DNA of 64,000 nt from Candidatus Bathyarchaeia archaeon (GTDB taxonomy: Archaea; Thermoproteota; Bathyarchaeia; Bathyarchaeales; Bathycorpusculaceae): assembly GCA_050012255.1 (NCBI GenBank), contig JBEKHN010000009.1, forward strand, positions 1 to 64,000, written 5' to 3'. This document shows positions 29,642 to 39,026 of the stretch, piece by piece. The position numbers and the translations under genes are program-made. Under the pieces are notes generated by a model, which made no database searches, had not been told where the DNA came from, and saw nothing but the letters and a program-made list of their open reading frames with translations. The number at the start of each line of letters is the position of its first letter. Position 1 is the stretch's first letter.

Positions 29642-30925
29642 CTATTTCTTATGCAACTTCTGCGCCGCGATGAACGTCAATCCGTGTTTGGTCAGGGTCT
29701 CAGCCGTCCTGTTTAGTGCATCGTGTTTGTCAAGGTAATTTATGAGAAACTCTGGCATCAAACCCTTGTCGATGATGTCCTTCTTTGGCATGAAGTAGTC
29801 GAGTGTGTCTGAAGCATGATCCCTTTTTCTTTCTGTCTCAGGTATTCCGCCCTCATGTTTGGCGCTGATGTTCTTCACGTGGTCAGCAAGCCTCACAAGC
29901 TCAGCAGTTCGGTCGTACGGCTGTCTTACGATGCTCTTGTAGGCTTCGGTGATGTGATGTTCAAGGCGAACAACGTCTTCAAAATCGAAAGCATTCCGGA
30001 CGTAAGCCGCTAGTTCGATGGTTTTGTTATCAACAGAGTTTGAGAGGTTGAAACCGATAAGCGGACTTGAGCCATCATCGCGGCTGAAGAGTTTGGCGGT
30101 CATCAGCGTCCAGAGGATCGAGTAGGGGTTATCAATTCCTAAGAAGACTGAAATCTTAAATTCGATGTTGATTCCCAGCTTGTGCAGCCAGTACCCCAGA
30201 AGGACGGTGCCCGAATTTGTGTTCAACACTTGTGGAAGACCGTATTCGGTGTAGTAATGCAGAAACTCATCGACCCATTTCAGCGAATACTCGTTCGGGA
30301 CACCCACTCCCCCGAAATAGCCAGTAATTGTCTCTGGGCCAGCCAGGTGAACGTTGATCGGCTTGCCATCTGGCCCAGGCAGTGTGCCTTTCGTGTCAAG
30401 CGTTTGAACATATGATGCGCCGATGATCTGCATCGCCGCTGCGAAAGCCAGCATGTCATCGTCCTCGATTTGTTCCTTCATTGAACGCACACGGACGTAC
30501 CGCGCTGGCATGAGCTCCTGTTTTGCAATCGCCTTCTGCGCTTCTTCAACGAGCCATGGGAAGAAGTTGAACGCGCTAATCTCCAGAGTGACTGCCAGGG
30601 ACTCGTCAAACTTCATTGAATCCGCCTTCTTCCCCAGAACTTTCTTCCTGTATTCTGAAACGCTGATGAAAGCTTCTTTGTCCCGTTGTTTAGTCAACCA
30701 TTCAAGGTCTTTAACAAACGGAGATTCGCTCTTTCTCAGCCTGTCCATGAGCTTGTCGATCTTGCGTGCCTCTTCGGCTTTGTGGTTGATTTGGTCAACC
30801 CCGCCGTACTTGTCGACGATCTCCAGCAGGCCATTCACAAGCTGGTTGTCCTTTCTCAGCAGAAAATCGTTGATTTCCTTCAGGTTTTCTTCATGAATTT
30901 TCAGCCTGTCCCTTAGGCTAGCCAA
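29642..30925 (-). CDS. Hypothetical soluble enzyme-like protein
   Basis: 427-aa ORF with enzyme-like motifs (TLDTKGT, GPETITGYFGG, EHH, KHEGG); family not assigned. Confidence 0.85.
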   Translation of the reverse strand: MASLRDRLKIHEENLKEINDFLLRKDNQLVNGLLEIVDKYGGVDQINHKAEEARKIDKLMDRLRKSESPFVKDLEWLTKQRDKEAFISVSEYRKKVLGKKADSMKFDESLAVTLEISAFNFFPWLVEEAQKAIAKQELMPARYVRVRSMKEQIEDDDMLAFAAAMQIIGASYVQTLDTKGTLPGPDGKPINVHLAGPETITGYFGGVGVPNEYSLKWVDEFLHYYTEYGLPQVLNTNSGTVLLGYWLHKLGINIEFKISVFLGIDNPYSILWTLMTAKLFSRDDGSSPLIGFNLSNSVDNKTIELAAYVRNAFDFEDVVRLEHHITEAYKSIVRQPYDRTAELVRLADHVKNISAKHEGGIPETERKRDHASDTLDYFMPKKDIIDKGLMPEFLINYLDKHDALNRTAETLTKHGLTFIAAQKLHKK

Positions 30926-31134
30926 GACAGTCGCCCTCCAGATTTTAGTAACTGTTGATTGACTAATGGAATTTAAGTATTTTCGGTCAAAACGGGAGAA
31001 TCGTCAGCGGACCCCCTCCTGGAGCTTTTTCGACTATGTAAACATTGAGTCTTAAACGATCTCACGAGATTGTTCCCGAATTCGAAGCTTAAACGATATA
31101 AGAGCGAGGTTTGACTAAAAGCTAGGGACGACGA

Positions 31135-32613
31135 ATGTTCAAGCCTGAAGGGATTTTTCCAGCTTTGGTCACGCCCTTTACAGATGATGGAAAAGCCGTT
31201 GACGAAGAGAGACTTCGGACTCTGGTTAACCACTGCCTCAAACTAGGGGTCCACGGCGTCGTTCCATGCGGGACGACCGGCGAATTCGTAAACTTGACAA
31301 CTGAGGAGAAAAGGCGCGTGATCAAAATTGTGATCGACGAAGTTAACGGGCGAGTTCCAGTAATTGCGGGAACAGGTTCCAGTGGAACCGACCAGACTGT
31401 GGAAATGACAAGATATGCGAAGGATGCTGGCGCAACCGCCGCCTTGATCGTCACTCCTTTCTACCTGAAGCCAGCCGACCGCGGAATCTACGAGCACTAC
31501 TACACGATAGCGAACGAAGTGGACATGCCGATAATTCTGTACAACATTCCCCAGTGCACAGGGCTGGATTTGCCCTGGCAAATGGTTGAAGACTTGGCCC
31601 AAATACCAAACATTGTCGGCGTAAAGGACAGTAGTGGGCAGCTCAAGTTCATACTGGCTGTTCTTGAGAAGGTGAGAGACAAGATTAACGTTCTTTGCGG
31701 GCACGACGAAGTCGTCGTGGCAGGGTTGGCTGCTGGCTGTTCTGGCGCGATACTGGCAAGCGCCAACGTGATTCCCGACATCTGGGTTCAAATCTATGAT
31801 CACGTCAAGAAAGGCGAGCTTCAACAGGCACGCGAGCTGCAGTACAAGGTTCAGAAGATAGCGAGAATCATTGCTGGTAGCGGAGCCGTAGGCACGAAAG
31901 AGGCTCTCAACATGATGAAAGTCAAGGTCGGCCCGGTAAGAAAACCCCTTAGCGTAGGTGGAGAACTGACCTATGAGGCAAGAGAAGAACTGCGTCTCGA
32001 TTTGGAGAAGATAGGAAAGATAAAGCCCAAGGCCATCGCCTTCGAGATAGCCGAGAAACCTATCGAAGAACGTTTTACTGCAATCGACCTGACACCAGAA
32101 ATGATCAAGAGATTCAAGCTGCGTGTAGGTGAAGCCTTGGCTGGACAGGGCTCAGATGTGGCGCACATCGACCTTCTAATCGGCGAGAAAGATGGACCGG
32201 TTGCCGCCGCGTTCGCGAAGGCCAAGGCCACGCCAGCTTCTGGCCACGAGCCGTTACTGGCCATCTTGGAACCCAACCTGTCAGTGAAACCCGTAACCCT
32301 GATCGTCCCAACGGTCACGATAACCAGCATGCGCCAGGCAAGCATGGTTTACGGACCGGCCCAAGCAGCGGTGGCCAAAGCCGTGGTTGACAGTGTTGCA
32401 GACGGGACGATCCCAAGAGAAGCCACCGATGACCTCATAATAGTCGCGAACGTGTTCGTCCACCCGACAGCAGTCGACAGGCAACGAGTCTACATAAACA
32501 ATTACAAGGCGATGCGACATGCTATCCGCAAGACGATGGAAGGCAGGCCAGACGTGGACGAACTCATAGAGAACAAGGATCGGTCGAAGCACCCGTTTAA
32601 GTACACACCATAG
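31135..32613 (+). CDS. DapA-family aldolase fused to a formaldehyde-activating enzyme (Fae) domain
   Basis: GTTGE, YNIP, GVKDSS; C-terminal GEAL.G.G..VAHIDL.IG, GH..LLA, GPAQAAVAKAV, VFVHP, KHPF. Confidence 0.92.
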   Translation: MFKPEGIFPALVTPFTDDGKAVDEERLRTLVNHCLKLGVHGVVPCGTTGEFVNLTTEEKRRVIKIVIDEVNGRVPVIAGTGSSGTDQTVEMTRYAKDAGATAALIVTPFYLKPADRGIYEHYYTIANEVDMPIILYNIPQCTGLDLPWQMVEDLAQIPNIVGVKDSSGQLKFILAVLEKVRDKINVLCGHDEVVVAGLAAGCSGAILASANVIPDIWVQIYDHVKKGELQQARELQYKVQKIARIIAGSGAVGTKEALNMMKVKVGPVRKPLSVGGELTYEAREELRLDLEKIGKIKPKAIAFEIAEKPIEERFTAIDLTPEMIKRFKLRVGEALAGQGSDVAHIDLLIGEKDGPVAAAFAKAKATPASGHEPLLAILEPNLSVKPVTLIVPTVTITSMRQASMVYGPAQAAVAKAVVDSVADGTIPREATDDLIIVANVFVHPTAVDRQRVYINNYKAMRHAIRKTMEGRPDVDELIENKDRSKHPFKYTP

Positions 32614-33422
32614 TGAAGGAATTGGCAAGTCAAGTAATAACCGAAGGTGACCTCGTACTTCTCAGCCTCAGTCAGAGGAAAACCTACCTAGTCAGAGTTG
32701 AGCAAGGCAAGAGCTTTCACACGCACAAGGGTTTTGTCAGATTCGATGACCTGATAGGAAAAGATTTCGGTTCCACAATCCTGAGCAGCCTGGGGTTTGA
32801 ATTCGCAGCCTTGAAGCCTCTGCTGCGCGATTTCATTATGAAGTCAGCGAGGCAAACGCAGATAATGTATCCAAAGGACATAGCCCTGATAGTTATGTTC
32901 AGCGGCTTAGGCCCAGGAAGCAGGGTCGTTGAGGCCGGAACAGGGACCGGTGCAATGACAACGGCCTTAGCACATTATGTGAGGCCCAACGGAAGAGTGT
33001 ACAGCTACGAGATAAGGGAAGAATTTCAAAAGACAGCCAAGAAAAATCTGGAAAGAGCGGGTCTAATTGATTTCGTGGAACTGAAAAACAAAGACGTTAC
33101 CGCTGGAATAGACGAGAAAGACATTGATACGGTAATCCTGGACTTAGCGGTTCCTTGGCTAGTCGTCCCTCATTCATTTACGGCCTTGAGGTCCAGCGGG
33201 ACAATAGTGACGTTCAGCCCAACGATAGACCAGGTCGTCAAGACTGTTGAAGCATTGAATGAAAATGGCTTCACCGACATTGAAACGGTCGAGTGTCTGA
33301 TGAGAGGCATGCAGATAGAAAGGGGAAAGACTCGACCGCAGACTCTGATGACAGCCCATTCTGGCTACATCACAACTGCTCGCAAAGCCACGAAGAACAT
33401 CGCTTCCATCAGCCCTTCATAG
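32613..33422 (+). CDS. trmI: tRNA (adenine-N1)-methyltransferase
   Basis: THKG, QIMYPKD, VVEAGTGTG, LDL..PW and HSGY motifs. Confidence 0.93.
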   Translation: MKELASQVITEGDLVLLSLSQRKTYLVRVEQGKSFHTHKGFVRFDDLIGKDFGSTILSSLGFEFAALKPLLRDFIMKSARQTQIMYPKDIALIVMFSGLGPGSRVVEAGTGTGAMTTALAHYVRPNGRVYSYEIREEFQKTAKKNLERAGLIDFVELKNKDVTAGIDEKDIDTVILDLAVPWLVVPHSFTALRSSGTIVTFSPTIDQVVKTVEALNENGFTDIETVECLMRGMQIERGKTRPQTLMTAHSGYITTARKATKNIASISPS

Positions 33423-34272
33423 CCCCTGCAATTGCGAATATTTCAATTGGATGTTCAGTTTCAAGTTTATTGCCGAATCTCATCCGGATGCTTTTGTAGC
33501 TCTGGACAAAGCCATGATTGCGCAGCATGCAAACGGCTGTTGTGTTTGGTGATGGGACACCAACGTGGATTTTTGAATTCGGTTCCAGCCTACTAATGCA
33601 TGTGGCAAACAGTTCTTCCGCGTTCTGTCGTTGTCCAGTTCTACACACCCACGGTCCAAGCACGTATCCATTTTCTGCCTTCCTGCAGGTGATGTAGCCA
33701 ATTATGTGCGAGTCCGAGTGCGAGACGAAGCTCAGTTCTGGGTTTTCACTGAAAAGTCTGCTCAGAACTCTGCCCCTGTATCCCCCGAAGTATTCTGCAT
33801 CAAATTTCGCGATATCCTCAATCATCTCTTGTTCTATCGACTTGACTGAGGAACTTTTCGAGGGTTGCAGTTTTTGACTGGTACCCATGAGCCGGAGAGA
33901 ATCGAATTCATACGCGAATCCCACATTTCGGTACAAATCTGCAATCTCTTGAACAGCATCCAGTTCCACTGTTTCAACTTTCCGACCTTGCAAATAGCCA
34001 AGAGCTTTCTCCATCAAGACCGTGCCGATTCCGCTCCTTCTGTGCTTTGAACTCACGATGAGTAACCCGACCCATCCCAGCGTTCCATATGTTATGGAAA
34101 AAACGTGACCAACAGGTTCTCCGCCCACATCGGCCATGAAACAACCTTCAGGTTCGAAGTCAAGCATGCGAGCAATGTCATTCCTCGTCACATTCCACTG
34201 CTCAGTCGAGGTCATTTTGTGGGCAAAGTCTATGTCTTCCCTCTCGAACCTACGGACAAAGACACGCGGCAT
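33409..34272 (-). CDS. Tandem GNAT acetyltransferase (YitH-like)
   Basis: RRSGIGT and LYRNVGF; second domain with LGPW. Confidence 0.88.
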   Translation of the reverse strand: MPRVFVRRFEREDIDFAHKMTSTEQWNVTRNDIARMLDFEPEGCFMADVGGEPVGHVFSITYGTLGWVGLLIVSSKHRRSGIGTVLMEKALGYLQGRKVETVELDAVQEIADLYRNVGFAYEFDSLRLMGTSQKLQPSKSSSVKSIEQEMIEDIAKFDAEYFGGYRGRVLSRLFSENPELSFVSHSDSHIIGYITCRKAENGYVLGPWVCRTGQRQNAEELFATCISRLEPNSKIHVGVPSPNTTAVCMLRNHGFVQSYKSIRMRFGNKLETEHPIEIFAIAGAMKG

Positions 34273-34780
34273 TCTTTTCCACCCAGCGAAGAGAGTCTGT
34301 AAAACTCGATTGGTGCTTCGAGAATTATTAAGGCTGATGACACAACTTAGTGCGTTACTAGCACGTGTCGCAACAACGTTGGGTTCCTGGCCGATAGGAC
34401 GCGCGAAAGGAGTGCATGCAATGAGATCCGAAACGAAAAGGAAAAGGAGAGTGCCCCATCAACTAAACTGCTGTGAGAGAACTTCTTAGCGTATCCAATG
34501 GCAAGCATGCAATATGCACTAGAAGATTCTTCTAGAATGCTCTTTCATAAGCAATAAATCGTTCAGCTTTTCGTATAGTTCTTGTTCAAGCTGACATTGT
34601 ACAGCCGAAAGGAGAAGGGAGAAGAAGGATTGCGCACTCCATCAAGGAGTGCGTGATCCCAACCAACTCCAAATTGACGTTAAGCCTTCTCAAGAGGCTT
34701 TCAGGCCGCCGCGCTAAATCTGGATTTGGGGTAAACAAGATTGAAAAGCGTTGTTTCTTAACGTTGCCTAAGCGATCTCC

Positions 34781-35353
34781 ATGCAAAGGATTCCCGAGCT
34801 TGAGTATCCAGGAATAGTCAAGGTCTACAGGCAACGGTTCGACAGGATGGCAACACCAGAGTACAAACAAGAACTGCGCATCCACGCAGAAGCTGTCTTA
34901 CATGACCCCGTTAGGGGCCTAGACTGGAAGCAACTGTTGAATTGGGAGCATCGACACCTTGAGTACACCAAGGAAGAATTGCCTAAACCAAGAGCAGAAA
35001 TGCCGATTGACATAATCGTTCAAGCCAAGGGCAGGTGCGGAGAGTTTGCACTGCTCTACAACGGATTGTTGCTGGCGAATGGCTATCAAACACGGGTAGT
35101 GATCGATTGCTCTGTACTTCAAGACAAGTCGAGGAAGGTGGCTGGAGACCATGTTTGGAACGAAATTCTCTCCGAGCGCATTTGGATGCACGTGGATCCT
35201 ACCGAGAAGAGGATCAACTGCCCATCGATGTACGCTATGGAATGGAGCAAGGATGTGAACTTGGTCTACGCGATCGCAGAAAAACAGATTCTGGATGTTA
35301 CGGAGAATTATCGTATCCACATCAATGAGGCTAACTGCAGTGGCCTTCTGTGA
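34781..35353 (+). CDS. Transglutaminase-like protein resembling the peptide:N-glycanase core
   Basis: GRCGEFA, DHVWNE and WMHVDP (Cys-His-Asp triad). Confidence 0.85.
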   Translation: MQRIPELEYPGIVKVYRQRFDRMATPEYKQELRIHAEAVLHDPVRGLDWKQLLNWEHRHLEYTKEELPKPRAEMPIDIIVQAKGRCGEFALLYNGLLLANGYQTRVVIDCSVLQDKSRKVAGDHVWNEILSERIWMHVDPTEKRINCPSMYAMEWSKDVNLVYAIAEKQILDVTENYRIHINEANCSGLL

Positions 35354-35743
35354 TGACACGATAAAAACTGTTGAACACTGTGAGTTCTACGATGTGAGGT
35401 TTGCCATGTTATTCTGGAGGCTCTCATGCGTTGCCGTCCGAGTAACTCTGAGCTTTCATCCTGTGTGTCAATCTAATGCCTTTTCATCATCCGGCAAAGG
35501 TACAGTAGTGAAACTGGAAATAAAAAGTTTGACGCCACGGAAGCGATTTCTCGCGCGATGAACTACAGATTGCGCGTCCATAATCTTCTCTTTCTACAAA
35601 AAGCACATAGTCTACGATTGACAAGAATGCCGGACTGACCGTCTACCGTTCTCTTTAAGCACCCTGTAAAGGACCGAAAGACTACGTTGAAACCTTCCGA
35701 AACAGGACGCGGCAAGTTCGTTGGACCCCCTTCGCGTATGAAT

Positions 35744-35755
35744 TGTGAATTCACA
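35744..35755. promoter_or_regulatory. Perfect 12-bp palindrome TGTGAATTCACA, candidate operator
   Basis: About 50 nt upstream of the 35808 ORF, near two wHTH genes. Confidence 0.4.
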
Positions 35756-35807
35756 TTTTGGATTCATAAGACAGTTAAGTACCAAAGGCTTATCGTGTGC
35801 GTAAACA

Positions 35808-36005
35808 ATGGAGGAAAGCCCTTTGAAAAAAACATTGACTCTTAAAGAAAGAAAGGAACTGCAGAACAAAATGGCCAAGGTTTTCAATAGAAACGTCAAA
35901 GGACTCTCAGCAGAATTGCAACGAATATTGGTAGACGACCTGGTCACAGCCTTCCAAAATAGAATGAACGTGTTAATTCGAGCACAGGCGAAAAGGAGCT
36001 ACTAA
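35808..36005 (+). CDS. Small helical hypothetical protein
   Basis: 65-aa ORF with coding-like composition. Confidence 0.7.
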   Translation: MEESPLKKTLTLKERKELQNKMAKVFNRNVKGLSAELQRILVDDLVTAFQNRMNVLIRAQAKRSY

Positions 36006-36092
36006 CGGAGACTATTTACAGAAAAGACTTAGCTTGAATCCGTAAAACCTTTATATGGAGACCTGTAATATGGGAAAAAAGAGGTTTGAACA

Positions 36093-36389
36093 ATGAGACG
36101 TTCCAAACTTGAGATGTACATAGACATACTCAAGGTATTGGCTCATCGAGGCCCGTTGAAGCTGACTCACATTATGTACAAGGCTAACGTTAATTGCAGT
36201 GTTCTAAAAGAATACTTAGACTTCCTCATCAAGCAGAACCTCGTTGAAGAACGAATGGTGGGGAAACGACGCATCGTCTACGCTGTGACCCAGAGAGGCA
36301 TAACAGTGCTCAAGTACTTCAGAGAGTTGAAGCAGGTTCTGCCGATACTTGAAGAAGAGCTGAGAAACCGCGTCCCAGTGCCTTACTAG
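36093..36389 (+). CDS. Winged-helix DNA-binding protein (HTH_45-like)
   Basis: MRRSKLEMY.DIL, THIMYKANVN and Y.VT.RG motifs. Confidence 0.9.
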   Translation: MRRSKLEMYIDILKVLAHRGPLKLTHIMYKANVNCSVLKEYLDFLIKQNLVEERMVGKRRIVYAVTQRGITVLKYFRELKQVLPILEEELRNRVPVPY

Positions 36390-36636
36390 GCTACCTCCCG
36401 AACTTTTTTGACAGAGTTTTCTTCTTCGTTTTCTTGATGCTCGAACCCATTGATTGATGTCAGATGCTGCAGGTCAGCTCGATCGGCTCGGAGAGAACAT
36501 CCTTTAAGCACACGTTTAGAAGACTTGTTAAGATCGTTGGTATCTGTCGCGGGTTGTCTTGTGAATCATTATCATTGTTTCGTAAGACTTAATAAACCGC
36601 TTTGTCTTTTATCATGGTGTACGCGCTTAAGACACG

Positions 36637-37029
36637 TTGAGGAAAGACACTTTGTCCAAGGAAGAAGTTCTTGCGAAAAAGCCTCTGCAGGTTCTAGAAA
36701 AGATCAGAGACAACCTTGAGAAGCTGAACGAGAAAGTGGAAGTCATGATTGAACTGCAGAAGCATGAGAGAAAAGACATTCAACAGCCACTGCCAGACAC
36801 TCCTCTGGACGTTATGACTTTGCTTTCGATGCCTGACCACCTGAGAAAAACTGCTATGACTATCTGCAGGTTGGGCAGGGCTACAGCAGACGAGGTCGCT
36901 GAGCAAACAAAGAGGGCGAGGGCTGTGGAAAGCGCGTACTTGAACCAGCTCGTAATAATGGGCCACCTTAAGAAGGAGAGGAATGGAAGAAAGGCCTACT
37001 TCTTCGTAGACAGGGAAAACCAGGAGTGA
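36637..37029 (+). CDS. Coiled-coil plus winged-helix protein
   Basis: N-terminal heptads; ATADEVA..TKR.RAVESAYLNQL..G. Confidence 0.85.
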   Translation: MRKDTLSKEEVLAKKPLQVLEKIRDNLEKLNEKVEVMIELQKHERKDIQQPLPDTPLDVMTLLSMPDHLRKTAMTICRLGRATADEVAEQTKRARAVESAYLNQLVIMGHLKKERNGRKAYFFVDRENQE

Positions 37030-37808
37030 TCGGTATGGGTAAGATATTAGCTGTGCACTCTTATAAGGGCGGAACGGGGAAGACGCTTCTTTCAGTCAAC
37101 CTGGCTGCAACCTTTGCCAAGCATGGAAAGAGTGTTTGCTTGCTTGACCTTGACTTCCGTGCTCCGAGCCTTTCTACGCTGCTGAAGATTGACAAAGCAG
37201 AGTACTGGTTAAACGATTATCTCAACGCAGTGTGCGAGATCAACAAAGTACTGATGGACCTAAGCGACAGGATTGGCAACAGCGGCAAACTCTTCGTAGG
37301 CTTGGCCAATCCGTCCACCGAAGCGATCAGGGACATGTCTGCAAAAGACAGAAAGTGGGAGATGCGGGCATTAGGAAGACTCCTTGCTCTAAAGACTTCG
37401 CTCTTGAACGACAAAGGCTTCGACTACTTGATACTCGACACAAGCCCTGGATTGCAATACTCGTCCATAAACGCGATTGTCAGTGCGGACCTTGTCCTCG
37501 TCGCAACGACATTCGACCGATCAGACGTGGATGGAACTAGACGCATGCTGAGAGAGCTGTACGACCTGTTTGAGAAGAAAACCGAAATCGTCCTAAACAA
37601 AGTCCTAGACGGCTCCTTGAGAAGTGGGAAAGACGACGTGAAGACCAAGCTTAAGGAAGTATATCAGGTTCCGCTTCTAGGGATAGTTCCGTGCTTCTGC
37701 GATGTCCTGAAGGCTGAGGGAGGGGTCATTTTTGCCCAAGAAAAACCAGACCATCCCTTCACCAGAATCGTAAGCGAGATGGCGAACAAAATAGAGGGCA
37801 TGAGCTGA
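37026..37808 (+). CDS. MinD/ParA family ATPase
   Basis: Deviant Walker A KGGTGKT, DLD, DTSPG and LNK motifs. Confidence 0.92.
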   Translation: MIGMGKILAVHSYKGGTGKTLLSVNLAATFAKHGKSVCLLDLDFRAPSLSTLLKIDKAEYWLNDYLNAVCEINKVLMDLSDRIGNSGKLFVGLANPSTEAIRDMSAKDRKWEMRALGRLLALKTSLLNDKGFDYLILDTSPGLQYSSINAIVSADLVLVATTFDRSDVDGTRRMLRELYDLFEKKTEIVLNKVLDGSLRSGKDDVKTKLKEVYQVPLLGIVPCFCDVLKAEGGVIFAQEKPDHPFTRIVSEMANKIEGMS

Positions 37809-37817
37809 TTTTCGTCT

Positions 37818-37937
37818 CTAGCACGCGGCTATTCTGTTCAACAAATAATGAATTCTAAAATCTCTGCACTTTTCATATTCCTTCTCTCCGCACTTGTTGC
37901 AGATGATGCGACTGAGTTCCTTAACTTCTAAGCTCAT
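37818..37937 (-). CDS. Possible small Cys-rich protein
   Basis: MSLEVKELSRIICNKCGEKEYEKCRDFRIHYLLNRIAAC. Confidence 0.4.
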   Translation of the reverse strand: MSLEVKELSRIICNKCGEKEYEKCRDFRIHYLLNRIAAC

Positions 37938-38081
37938 CTGACATCCCGTTGCACAAGGCCACGAGCAATAAAGTGTCCGCCTATATACTGTATTCCAGTT
38001 AAGAAATATTTCACGCAAAAAACTTATACAACCGAACGGATACGTTAAGAACCTCACAGCGGTGACGGAGACCACTCATTA

Positions 38082-38699
38082 TTGGAAAGATCAGCAATCA
38101 TACTGGCAGGCGGGTTTTCCAGCAGGCTAGGCCAAGACAAAGGACTCGTTCAATTGTCGAACAGACCTCTTGTAAAACACGTTATGGACAAGACCAAAGA
38201 CCTCGTTGACGAAAGACTGGTGGTTGTAAGCTCAAAGGTTCAGGCTGACAGGTATTCAAATGTCCTAGGTGAAGACGCCAATGTTCTCGTTGACGACGCT
38301 GGAGTCCCAGGCCCGCTGGCAGGTGCGACAGCCGGCTTTGAACGCGCACAAGGGAAGTATTCGCTCCTCCTCCCATGCGACACGCCATTCGTTTCGCGGG
38401 ACATTCTCCACCTTCTGTTAGAACTGTGCATAAACAGAAACGCAGCTGTCCCTCGATGGCCGAACTGCTACACAGAACCTCTGCAGGCAGCGTACTGTAC
38501 GAGACCCGCGTTGGAAGCCTCCAGAAACGCATTGCTTTCGGGCAAGTTAAACCTGCAGGCGATGGTAGATAAGCTGCAAAGAGTGCGTTATGTCTCGACC
38601 CTGGTGCTCGAGCAATTAGACCCGCGGCTGAGAACGTTCTTTAACGTCAACACTGCCCTAGACCTGAAGAAAGCGGAAGTCATGCTAAAACGTTCATAA
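38082..38699 (+). CDS. mobA: Molybdenum cofactor guanylyltransferase
   Basis: ILAGG.SSRLG.DK, GPLAG, PCDTP, EPL and FFNVNT motifs. Confidence 0.93.
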   Translation: MERSAIILAGGFSSRLGQDKGLVQLSNRPLVKHVMDKTKDLVDERLVVVSSKVQADRYSNVLGEDANVLVDDAGVPGPLAGATAGFERAQGKYSLLLPCDTPFVSRDILHLLLELCINRNAAVPRWPNCYTEPLQAAYCTRPALEASRNALLSGKLNLQAMVDKLQRVRYVSTLVLEQLDPRLRTFFNVNTALDLKKAEVMLKRS

Positions 38700-38747
38700 G
38701 CAACGTCAACTGCTTGCGCTGTTATGGTGCCTGAACGTGCGCGTGCG

Positions 38748-38822
38748 CTAATCTCGGGGGCCCTCATGTACGTAGGCCAGCTTACCGTGCAGGTCAAACA
38801 GGACTGCCTTCGTTTTTGGCAA
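38748..38822 (-). pseudogene. N-terminal fragment of a HAD-family hydrolase
   Basis: GAGGTGA RBS then MPKTKAVLFDLHGKLAYVHEGPRD*; ends in the GC-rich motif. Confidence 0.6.
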
Positions 38823-39026
38823 GCGGGTCACCTCGTTGGCCTAGATTCGTCGTCTTGCGATGAAACACCAAGAGACTATGAGGACTATGCAGAATGAGCG
38901 GAAAAAGCTCGAATAAAGGTAAACATCATTTGCTCAACTGTGTGGTTACGTGCCGCAAAGCTTTTAAACCGATGCTTAGCTGGCCGATTCCTAGACATAC
39001 TCATGTGAAATGCCGAGGGGCCAGAC

